A stretch of 64,000 nt of DNA from an uncultured Chloroflexia bacterium (lineage in GTDB: Bacteria > Chloroflexota > Limnocylindria > Limnocylindrales > CSP1-4): assembly GCA_963748625.1 (NCBI GenBank), contig CAVVJT010000007.1, positions 1-64,000 of the forward strand. The letters run 5' to 3'. Positions 22,588-30,539 of the stretch are shown in pieces (position 1 is the first letter of the stretch; the number at the start of each line of letters is the position of its first letter). Under the pieces are notes generated by a model, which did no database searches, was not told the origin of the DNA, and worked only from the letters and a program-made list of their open reading frames with translations. The translations under genes and the position numbers were made by a program.

Positions 22588-23172
22588 TCAGGGGGCCGGG
22601 GTGGCCGGGCCCCACAGGCCGAGGCCCTGGTCGCGGGCAGCCCGCTGGGCCTCGAGCAGGGCGTCCGTGTAGCGCACGTCCGGCGGATAGGTGACCACCT
22701 GGGCAACGCCGCGGGCAACGAGCTCCAGATTCACCATGCGGATGCTCCCGGGCCGGTCCTGGTCCTCCACCCAGGCATAGCGCAGGAGCCGGCCGAACCT
22801 GTCCGTGTCCGACACGTCCGTCTCCAGGAGCACCGTCCGCCCCTCGACGAGGCGCGCATTCTCCGCGGTCGCCTCCTTGGCCATGAACTCGACCGGGGTG
22901 TCCGGCTTGACGCTCTCGGGGGTGTCCACGCCGATGTACCGGACCCGCTCGTCGCCGCGCCCGCGGTCCACGATGATCGTGTCGCCATCGACCACGCGGA
23001 CGACGGTGGCCCGCTCGGTCTGGCCGATGGGGGTGGCGGCAGGCCCGCTCAGGGGTGGCGTGGGGGTCGCAAGGGCTGCGGGGGTCGTCGGGTTCGCGGG
23101 CGCCGCGCCGCCACACGCCGCAAACACCGCGACGGCCACGCCCAGGAGCAGGCAGACCAGCAGCTTCGGCAT
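22588..23172 (-). CDS. Thermonuclease (SNase) lipoprotein
   Basis: Lipobox FAAC; VVDGDT, RYIGVDTPE, DRFGRLLRY, GLW; leaderless start. Confidence 0.92.
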   Translation of the reverse strand: MPKLLVCLLLGVAVAVFAACGGAAPANPTTPAALATPTPPLSGPAATPIGQTERATVVRVVDGDTIIVDRGRGDERVRYIGVDTPESVKPDTPVEFMAKEATAENARLVEGRTVLLETDVSDTDRFGRLLRYAWVEDQDRPGSIRMVNLELVARGVAQVVTYPPDVRYTDALLEAQRAARDQGLGLWGPATPAP

Positions 23173-23352
23173 CCAGCGACGATACCCGCCCTCAGGGGAT
23201 CCGAGTCCCGCCGCCCTGCCTGCCGCCCGCGGGCGCCGTGCCTGCCGCCCGTCCACGCCGCCCTGCCTGCCGCTGGGCGCGCCCATGCCGCTGGGCCAGC
23301 CTGCCTGCCGCTGCGGCGGGCCTGCCTGCCGCTGGGCGGGCCTGCCGCTGGG

Positions 23353-23480
23353 CGGGCCCTGTGTGCAGGATCCCGCACGTTCGGCCCGCCTGGCGGTTGG
23401 AATGGGCCTCGCCGGGGCCGAATCACGCCAGATCTGCCGCCCAGCGGCACACCTGCGCGGAACTCCCCACACAAGGCCCG
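23353..23480. repeat. 128-bp element, copy B
   Basis: Matches copy A. Confidence 0.9.
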
Positions 23481-23633
23481 CTGGGCGGTTGGGGGCAGGC
23501 CGGTGGTGGCCGGGGGTGGCCCGCTGGGCGGCAGGGCCGGCGGTGGCCGGGGGTGGCAGGGCCGGGCCGGGGGCGGCTGGCCCGGCGCTTGCGGCAGGGC
23601 AGGGCCGGCCGACGGTCATCCCGGCCAGCGACG

Positions 23634-24807
23634 TCAGGGGCGCTCCCATGGCTGGTCGCCACCGAAGTGACCCTCGACCGCGAGCCGCTGCATCACCCCC
23701 GGCAGGTCACCAGGGTCCGCCGTCAGCGCCGCGCGCCACCGGTTCCCGCTGTCCCGCAGGGTGAGCGGGATTCTCGATGTGAACGGGGACGGGTCGAGCA
23801 GTGCGCCATCATCGGGGGCCAGCGACACCACCTGGGCCTCGCGATCGCCCGGCCGCCACAGCAGCTCCACGGTCGCCTCGCGCGCGGCCCCCGACCGCAC
23901 GACGGCCAGCGCGATCCGCCGGGCGATGACGCCGCCGGCCCGGTCCACCTTGAACCAGTCCTTCCCCGACCACGCCCCGCCCCCGATCGGCACGCGCGGC
24001 CCGTAGGCATCGGCGACGAGCTTCTTGCCCGACAGGCCGTTGTCGCCCATCGTGCCGCCACACTCGAAGTTGCCGGCCCCGTTGACCAGCACCCGTCCGG
24101 CGAGGTCGTCCGGGACCGTGAATACCGCTGGGGCCGCCGCGAGGGCCTCGGCCACCACCTCCACCACGGCCCGCCGGGTCAGGATCTCGTTCGCCCCCAC
24201 CGCCTGCTGCAGCGACACCGTCGATGCCCGGAGTGTCAACGAGGATGGGAAGGTCCACCCCGCGTCCCCGTTCAGGAGCCGCTCCTCGCACAGCACGGCG
24301 GCCTTCGCGTCGGGCCCCAGCCGCAGGTCCGGCCGGGCAGTCCTGAGCGCCTCCAGCCCCCGCACGATCCGGTGCGCCAGCCAGTGCTCGGCCGGCAGCC
24401 ACCCGGTCGATGGCGAGGCCACCGCATATCCCGTGCAGATCGCCTGGTCGTCGGACACCTCGCGGAAGTCATCCTCGCCGGGCAGCAGGGGCCCGGTGTC
24501 GAGGTCGCACACGATGCCGAGGCCCTCGGGGTCCGGCGGCCAGTCCGCGCCCAGCCCCAGGGATGCGTACCGGCGCTGGACGATCGCCTGGATGTCGCGC
24601 AGGCTGGAGCCCCGCTCCTGCCGCGCGCCCGGTGACGAAGACCATGCCCCGGTGCACGGCGACCTCCACCCCCACGAGGGCCCGGGGATTGCGCGCCATG
24701 GCAAGCCCCACGATGGCATCGGCGATCGCGTCGCAGATCTTGTCGGGATGGCCCGCGGCCACGGCTTCGGCAGCACGCAGACGGATGGACGGATCGAAGG
24801 TTCGCAT
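23634..24807 (-). CDS. Divergent S-adenosylmethionine synthetase (MetK-like), frameshift near 24610
   Basis: E.V..GHPDKICDAIAD; SDDQA in place of GAGDQG; PDAK; GDNGLSGKKLVADAYG; GGGAWSGKD..KVDR; GHFG...PWE. Confidence 0.85.
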
Positions 24808-24810
24808 CGG

Positions 24811-26154
24811 TCAGATCTCCAGGACGGCACTGCGCCGGACGAACCCCGCGAGGTCGGCCGGCACGTTGTGGCGGGTGTAGGCGGCGGCCAGGCGTATCCC
24901 GGCCAAGGTGTCGGCATCGGCCCCGACCGGCGTGCCGACGTAGCCGTCGGTGACGATCACAGCCCGCCGGATGTGGTTGGCCCGTGCGTGGGCGGCGACG
25001 CACTCGATGCTGGTGCCCCCGGTCGTCGCGAACCGCCCGGCCGCGAGATCGGCCATCGATGCCTCAGCGACCACCGTCGAGAACGCGTGGATCACCGGGT
25101 GGACGAGCTCCGAGCAGTCGCGCACGGCGGCCGCGAGCACGCCGACGAGCGGCGCCACGCTCCCCGACACGTCCAGGTACACATGGACGCGCTCACCGGC
25201 GCGAGTCCGCGCGGGCACCTCGACCTCCTGCTCGTGCAGCAGCAGCGGGCTCCCGAGCAGGCCGAGGACCACGTCGCGTCGCGCTCGCGACGGCAGCGGC
25301 CCAAGCTCCGCGTCCTCCACGGGCGCCCGCCGGAGACCGGTGCTGCCCCGGCTCGACATCCCGCCCGCCCAGCGCAGCAGGCTGCGCAGCCGGTCGCGGT
25401 TCCCCGGGACCCGCCGCGGCGGGACGCGGACCGCCCGGAGCGCGTACGAGAACGACCGGCCCTTGATCGGGCTGGGCGGCTGCGGCCACTGCTCCACGAT
25501 CTTGCGGACGACGTCGAGCAGCACCGGCGACCGGTGCTCGAGGTCGCCCTCGTGGAGCCCGCCCGCCTCGTGCCCGCCCAGCAGCGGGATCGCCTCCGCC
25601 CGCACCTCGGGGCAGACCTCCCGCAGGGCATCGCGCAGCTCCTCGTAGGAGACGCCGTCGCGCGAGTACAGCGCCCGGTGGACGTCGGCGAGGCGCCGGT
25701 ACCCCATGGCCACCAGCGCCCTGCTGGCAGATGGCTCCTCCTCCGGGCGCCACCCGGCGGCCGGCCGCAGCAGCGCCTCGGGCACCCGGTCTCCACGATA
25801 GAAGGAGGTGAGGAGCTCGATGCCCCGCGGGTCGGGAAAGAGACGGCAGAGCATCGCGTTGACGACCGCGTCGAACACCAGGTTGTCGAATGACGTCGTG
25901 ACCGGCAGCAGCCGCGTGTGACCGAGCACCACGTGATGGAGCTCGTGCATGACGAGCATCAGGAGGCGCTCGGGGGTGTACGCATGCTCGCGTGCGAACT
26001 GCGGGTTGATGAGCATCCGCGGGACCGGGCCACCTTCGACGGCGGCCGTGGGCACGTCGGTCGATTCGGTGATGTCCACGAGCCGGAACAGCGCCTGGAG
26101 GCCGTACGTGCCGGGCGGCACGCAGTCGAGGATGCGGGCCATGAGATCGCTCAT
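24811..26154 (-). CDS. HExxH metallopeptidase-like + vWA domain protein (DUF2201-type)
   Basis: VPTAAV..INPQF..MHELHHV; MIDAS DVSGS, GGT, VTDG. Confidence 0.85.
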   Translation of the reverse strand: MSDLMARILDCVPPGTYGLQALFRLVDITESTDVPTAAVEGGPVPRMLINPQFAREHAYTPERLLMLVMHELHHVVLGHTRLLPVTTSFDNLVFDAVVNAMLCRLFPDPRGIELLTSFYRGDRVPEALLRPAAGWRPEEEPSASRALVAMGYRRLADVHRALYSRDGVSYEELRDALREVCPEVRAEAIPLLGGHEAGGLHEGDLEHRSPVLLDVVRKIVEQWPQPPSPIKGRSFSYALRAVRVPPRRVPGNRDRLRSLLRWAGGMSSRGSTGLRRAPVEDAELGPLPSRARRDVVLGLLGSPLLLHEQEVEVPARTRAGERVHVYLDVSGSVAPLVGVLAAAVRDCSELVHPVIHAFSTVVAEASMADLAAGRFATTGGTSIECVAAHARANHIRRAVIVTDGYVGTPVGADADTLAGIRLAAAYTRHNVPADLAGFVRRSAVLEI

Positions 26155-26717
26155 TGCGAGGCCTCCTCGATGCTGCGGGCCCGCTCGAGGACGCGCGCGG
26201 GCCAGCCGGGTGCGTCGATCGCGGCGAGGATCCGATCCCGCAGGTCCGGGCCGACCAGCAGGGTCGCGGTGCTGTCAGCGGCGAGAGGGATCCCCACCGC
26301 ACACGGGCGCCGGCGCAGCCAGATGGGTCCGGACCGCTGGCTGAGCAACGTCCAGGCGAGCAGGGGTTCCACGCGCTCGGTGACAACCGGCAGGTTCCCG
26401 CGGCCGGCCAGCGGGAGCACCGAGGGCAGGTCGAGCAGCTCGGGGACCGCGCGGGTGATCGCCTCGAGCCGGCGGATCGCGTCGGCATCGCGCGCGTACA
26501 GCGCCCAGCGGGCCCCACCCAGCACGCGGAGCAGCTGGCGTCGGGAGCGGATGGTGCGGCCATCGCCAGCGCCGAGGCGGAGGCTGACGGCGGGGACAAG
26601 CTGGCGCGTGGGATCGTCCGAGGGGTGGACCACCGCGACCCTCGGGTTGCAGGACATGTTCCCCAGGCGGGGCGGCGGGATGTGGCCGGGCAGGGTGTCG
26701 ATGCCGGGAAGCACCAT
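26151..26717 (-). CDS. Hypothetical protein (188 aa) in the MoxR-vWA operon
   Basis: Start overlaps the upstream stop (TGATG); stop overlaps the vWA start (ATGA). Confidence 0.65.
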   Translation of the reverse strand: MVLPGIDTLPGHIPPPRLGNMSCNPRVAVVHPSDDPTRQLVPAVSLRLGAGDGRTIRSRRQLLRVLGGARWALYARDADAIRRLEAITRAVPELLDLPSVLPLAGRGNLPVVTERVEPLLAWTLLSQRSGPIWLRRRPCAVGIPLAADSTATLLVGPDLRDRILAAIDAPGWPARVLERARSIEEASQ

Positions 26718-26818
26718 CACGAGGCCGCCGCTGCCACTGCGGCCACCGTCGTCGCGTCGGCCACCGTCGTCGCGTCGGCCACAGTCGTCGCGTCGGCCAT
26801 CGTCGTCGCGTCGCCCAT
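26717..26818 (-). CDS. 33-aa repeat micro-ORF MGDATTMADATTVADATTVADATTVAAVAAAAS
   Basis: TGATG overlaps at both ends; four 18-bp repeats. Confidence 0.35.
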   Translation of the reverse strand: MGDATTMADATTVADATTVADATTVAAVAAAAS

Positions 26819-28329
26819 CACGCGGCCACCGCCAACACGCCGGCACGCTTCTTGAGCCGCAGACGCGTGGTCCTCCAGCCCGCGATCGCCTGGCGGACGT
26901 CCCTGGTGCTCCCGATGCGCTGCGCGCCCCACAGGCCAACGAGCAGGTTCTCGAGGTACGCGGACTCCGTGCTCGGCCGCCACCCGCTGACGCGCCTGGT
27001 GATCTCGAGCCATGCCTCGTGGCGGGGCGTCCTGGTCCCGAGCATCTCGTGGACGCCCTGCGGCGTGGACACCATCGCGTAGGCCTCGGCCAGCTGCGCG
27101 GCGACGGCGCCCAGCAGGCCGTCGGCGAGGCCCGCGTCGAAGGCGTACACCGCGACCGCCTCGCGCGTCCCGTTGGCAAGGTCGGCGTAGCCGTCGGCCA
27201 CGGCCGTCGAGCGGAGGACCTGCTCCAGGGCGGGGGTCTCGAGGGCCGTGAGCATGCGCTCGAACCGGTTCGGGATGGCGAGGAGGGCGTGGACCGGACT
27301 GTCGGGTGCGGCCCGGCTGGCCCCGAGCCCCTCGCAGTGCGCGGCGACCACCTTGTGCTCCTCGATCGTGCCGCCCGATGCGCGCTGGGGGAGGCCGTTG
27401 CGCACGGCGAGCAGGGCGGCGTCGTCGGGCGCCACCAGCCCGGTCGCACGGATGGCGAGGATCGAGCGGACGAGCGACGCGCCCCGGCGCGGCGAGCACT
27501 CGAGGCCGGCCTCGTCGAGACAGCGCAACACGGTGCGCACGTAGACCGCGACTGAGGTGTCCGGCACGGCCAGCGCGCCGACGTACCGGGCCCGGGCCCC
27601 CTCCACGGCCGACCGGAGGCGTGCCTCGGCCGCCGCGTCACGCGTGCCGAGGTCCGCGAGGAGCAGCCGCTCCTGGTCGGCCGCGGACAGGCCGCGCCAG
27701 TCGGGCACTGGGACGATGAACGGGAAGCGGTCCGCGAGTGCGGCATCGAGCGGCTCGGCACCGGTGTAGCCCGCGTCACCCCGCACGCCGCTGGCGCCCT
27801 GGGCGTCCGCTGAGCCTGCGATGCCCGGAGGGTCATCGTCGGCCGGCACCGGGTTCATCGCGCTCCAGCGGAAGCGCAGGTCCGGGAGGTCGAGCCCCTG
27901 CACCTTGCGCTCGTGGATGATCGGGAAGAGCTTGTTCTGGATCGAGGGCCTGCAGCGATTGATCTCGTCGAGGAAGACCGCCTCCGCCTTCCAGATGGTC
28001 GCGGGGGTCTGCGCGTACTCGAGGCCGCCGCGTCCGTCGAGGACCGGGTAGCCGACGAGATCGTCGTAGCTCAGCAGGCTCGCGTTGTAGTGGCGCCACG
28101 ACAGGCCGAGCGCCTCGGCCACGCGGGTCAGGAGCAGGCTCTTGCCGGTGCCGTGCGACCCGACCAGGAGCATCGGCAGCTCCGACGCCAGGGCCGCGAT
28201 CACGACCGCCTCGACCTCGCCGAAGCCGATGATGCCCAGGCCCTCGAGCAGGCCCGCGCCCCTGGTCATCGCCGCCGCGCGGCCCGTGGCGCCGGCCGCC
28301 CCGGCCTGCGGATGGTGCGTTGTTCCCAT
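26818..28329 (-). CDS. MoxR-family AAA+ ATPase with long C-terminal extension
   Basis: Walker A GSHGTGKS, Walker B FLDEINR, SAMNP, LDAALADRF, SPRR. Confidence 0.9.
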   Translation of the reverse strand: MGTTHHPQAGAAGATGRAAAMTRGAGLLEGLGIIGFGEVEAVVIAALASELPMLLVGSHGTGKSLLLTRVAEALGLSWRHYNASLLSYDDLVGYPVLDGRGGLEYAQTPATIWKAEAVFLDEINRCRPSIQNKLFPIIHERKVQGLDLPDLRFRWSAMNPVPADDDPPGIAGSADAQGASGVRGDAGYTGAEPLDAALADRFPFIVPVPDWRGLSAADQERLLLADLGTRDAAAEARLRSAVEGARARYVGALAVPDTSVAVYVRTVLRCLDEAGLECSPRRGASLVRSILAIRATGLVAPDDAALLAVRNGLPQRASGGTIEEHKVVAAHCEGLGASRAAPDSPVHALLAIPNRFERMLTALETPALEQVLRSTAVADGYADLANGTREAVAVYAFDAGLADGLLGAVAAQLAEAYAMVSTPQGVHEMLGTRTPRHEAWLEITRRVSGWRPSTESAYLENLLVGLWGAQRIGSTRDVRQAIAGWRTTRLRLKKRAGVLAVAA

Positions 28330-28360
28330 GTGCACGTCCTCCATCCGGCCTGGGTTTCGC

Positions 28361-28394
28361 ACCGTGTCCCCGGCGTGCGACCGGGTCCGGTTGC
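28361..28394 (-). promoter_or_regulatory. Shared 34-bp promoter motif, copy 7 (degenerate)
   Basis: Sense strand GCAACC-GGACCC-GGTCGC-N10-CACGGT. Confidence 0.4.
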
Positions 28395-28460
28395 GGCGCC
28401 TTCGCTGGGCCAGGCCCCTCCGGCGCTCTCGATGGATCCGCTGTGGTGCAGCGGCAGGTG

Positions 28461-29396
28461 TCAGCGATGGGCGGCAGCGGCCTCCAGGGTCAGGCGGTGG
28501 AGCTTGACGAGCTCGTCCTGGTCCAGGCGGCCGCCGGTGTAGCCGCCGGCGAGGACGAAGGCGATGGGCAGGTTCCGCTCCCTGGCCCAGCCGAAGACGG
28601 CGGCCTCACGTTGGGCGAGGAGCGCATGGGTGATGCCGTCGAGACCGCCGGTGCTGCACCGTTCGAAGGGGTCCATGCCGGCGTTGTAGATGACGAGGGG
28701 CCGGCGGTCCGTGTCCACGGCGGCGAGGCGCCTGCGCAACGTCGGGAGGTAGTCGGCCGAGTCGACGATGAGGTCGAGCGTCCAGGCCGCCGGCTGGGCA
28801 TAGGCATCGAAGTAGCTGGTGGCGATGTCCACCGTGGTCACGCGCGGGTCGTCTCCGAGCAGCTCGGCCGTTCCGCCGCCGCAGTGGGCGTCCAGGTCGA
28901 CGATCACCACGCGCTCCACGCCCTGCTCGATGGCCGCGTCCGCGGCGACCGCGAGGCCGTTGAAGGTGCAGAAGCCGGCGCCCCGGCTGCGGCGCGCGTG
29001 GTGCAGGCCCGATGAGAGCGATCCCCCCGTCCCGGTGTCCATCGCCGCGAGGGCTGCGGCGACGGCGCCGCCGGTGCTCGCGCTGGTGGTGGTCCAGAGC
29101 CCCAGGTCCCAGGGGAACCCGCCGTCGTCCGAGCGCTCCGGTGGCTCGCCGGTGCGGATCGCCTCCACGTACGCCCGCTCGTGGACCCTGGTCAGGCGGT
29201 CCGCGGTGGCGGGGGCCGGCTCCCGGAGCTCGATTCCCTCGATGGGCCGGTCCTGCAGCGAGGCGACGATCCAGGCCGCCTTGCGGGTCGTGTCGAACGC
29301 GGGCCCGCCCGTCACATAGGCCTCGGAATAGAAGACGGGGACAGTTCGCCCCGGACTCTCGCCCGGTCGTCCACGCCGGCCACCGCCGTCAGACAT
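28461..29396 (-). CDS. Histone deacetylase-family (Zn-dependent) hydrolase
   Basis: VHERAYV, GLHHA, GFCTFN, DLDAHCGGGT, YNAGMD, LAGGY. Confidence 0.9.
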   Translation of the reverse strand: MSDGGGRRGRPGESPGRTVPVFYSEAYVTGGPAFDTTRKAAWIVASLQDRPIEGIELREPAPATADRLTRVHERAYVEAIRTGEPPERSDDGGFPWDLGLWTTTSASTGGAVAAALAAMDTGTGGSLSSGLHHARRSRGAGFCTFNGLAVAADAAIEQGVERVVIVDLDAHCGGGTAELLGDDPRVTTVDIATSYFDAYAQPAAWTLDLIVDSADYLPTLRRRLAAVDTDRRPLVIYNAGMDPFERCSTGGLDGITHALLAQREAAVFGWARERNLPIAFVLAGGYTGGRLDQDELVKLHRLTLEAAAAHR

Positions 29397-29527
29397 GCGC
29401 ACACCTCCATCGAACCCGGCATTAGCACCGTGCTGCTCTCGCGGCCGGTTGCTGCGTCGTCAACGAGCCGGGGCTCTCAGACGCTCGTGATGGGGTGCCG
29501 CGCTCGTGACGCGGCCTCGTTGTCCCA

Positions 29528-29561
29528 AGTGTCGGGTGGACTTGTGACAGCTGTATGGCAC
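29528..29561 (-). promoter_or_regulatory. Shared 34-bp promoter motif, copy 8
   Basis: Sense strand GTGCCA-TACAGC-TGTCAC-N10-GACACT. Confidence 0.6.
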
Positions 29562-29859
29562 AGGGGCCGACGCCGGCTGCGGCCTGTGGTCTTCGGTCCC
29601 GCCGCATCGCTACAGCCTTGGCACCGTGCCGGTCCCGGGTGGACCGGTGGTTGCCCGCGTCGTCGTGGGGCTGTATCCCTCGGACGCTGTCTGGATGCGG
29701 ATCGCGTGTCTCGCGACCCGTGAATCCTATGCCGTGCCATAGGCGCCTGTCCAGCGGTCCGGCGTTGCGAGTGGCGTTGCGGGCCGCCCGGTGGCGTCGG
29801 CCCACCCTGCTCGCCGTCGGCTCACCGTGCCAGCTCGCCGTCGGCCGCCCGCCGCCCTG

Positions 29860-30030
29860 CCTGCCGCCCGCCCACGCCGCCCTGCCTGCCGCTGGGCGCG
29901 CCCATGGCTCACCATGCCTGCCGCCCGCCCACGCCGCCCTGCCTGCCGCTGGGCGCGCCCATGGCTCACCATGCCTGCCGCCCGCCCACGCCGCCCTGCC
30001 TGCCGCTGGGCGGGCCCATGGCTCACCATG
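29860..30030. repeat. 57-bp tandem repeat x3
   Basis: Unit CCTGCCGCCCGCCCACGCC...CCCATGGCTCACCATG at 29860, 29917 and 29974. Confidence 0.85.
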
Positions 30031-30114
30031 CCTGCCGCCCGCAGCCCTGCCTGCCGCTGCTGCGGGCCTGCCTGCCGCTGGGCGGGCCTGCCGCTGGGCG
30101 GGCCTGCCGCTGGG

Positions 30115-30242
30115 CGGGCCCTGTGTGCAGGATCCCGCACGTTCGGCCCGCCTGGCGGTTGGAATGGGCCTCGCCGGGGCCGAATCACGCCAGATCTGCC
30201 GCCCAGCGGCACACCTGCGCAGAACTCCCCACACAAGGCCCG
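30115..30242. repeat. 128-bp element, copy C
   Basis: One substitution seen versus copies A and B. Confidence 0.9.
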
Positions 30243-30539
30243 CTGGGCGGTTGGGGGCAGGCCGGTGGTGGCCGGGGGTGGCCCGCTGGGCGGCAGGGCC
30301 GGGCCGGGCCGAGGCAGGACACGAACGGCCGGGCCGGGGCAGCAGGGCCGGGCCGGGCCGAGGCAGGACACGAACGGCAGGGCCGGGCCGGGCCGACGCA
30401 GGACACGAACGGCCGGGCCGGGGGTGGCCCGCTGGGCGGCAGGGCCGGGCCGGGCCGAGGCAGGACACGAACGGCCGGGCCGGCCGCGGCACGACACCCC
30501 CGGCCGGGCGGTAGCATCGGCCGCGGAGGACGCCCACCC

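Noticed and set aside
8120-29561. Shared motif as a CRP/FNR site or an ordinary -35 box
   Set aside because: The half-site spacing does not fit TGTGA-N6-TCACA, and the hexamers lie 9-10 and 22 bp from the -10 rather than about 17.
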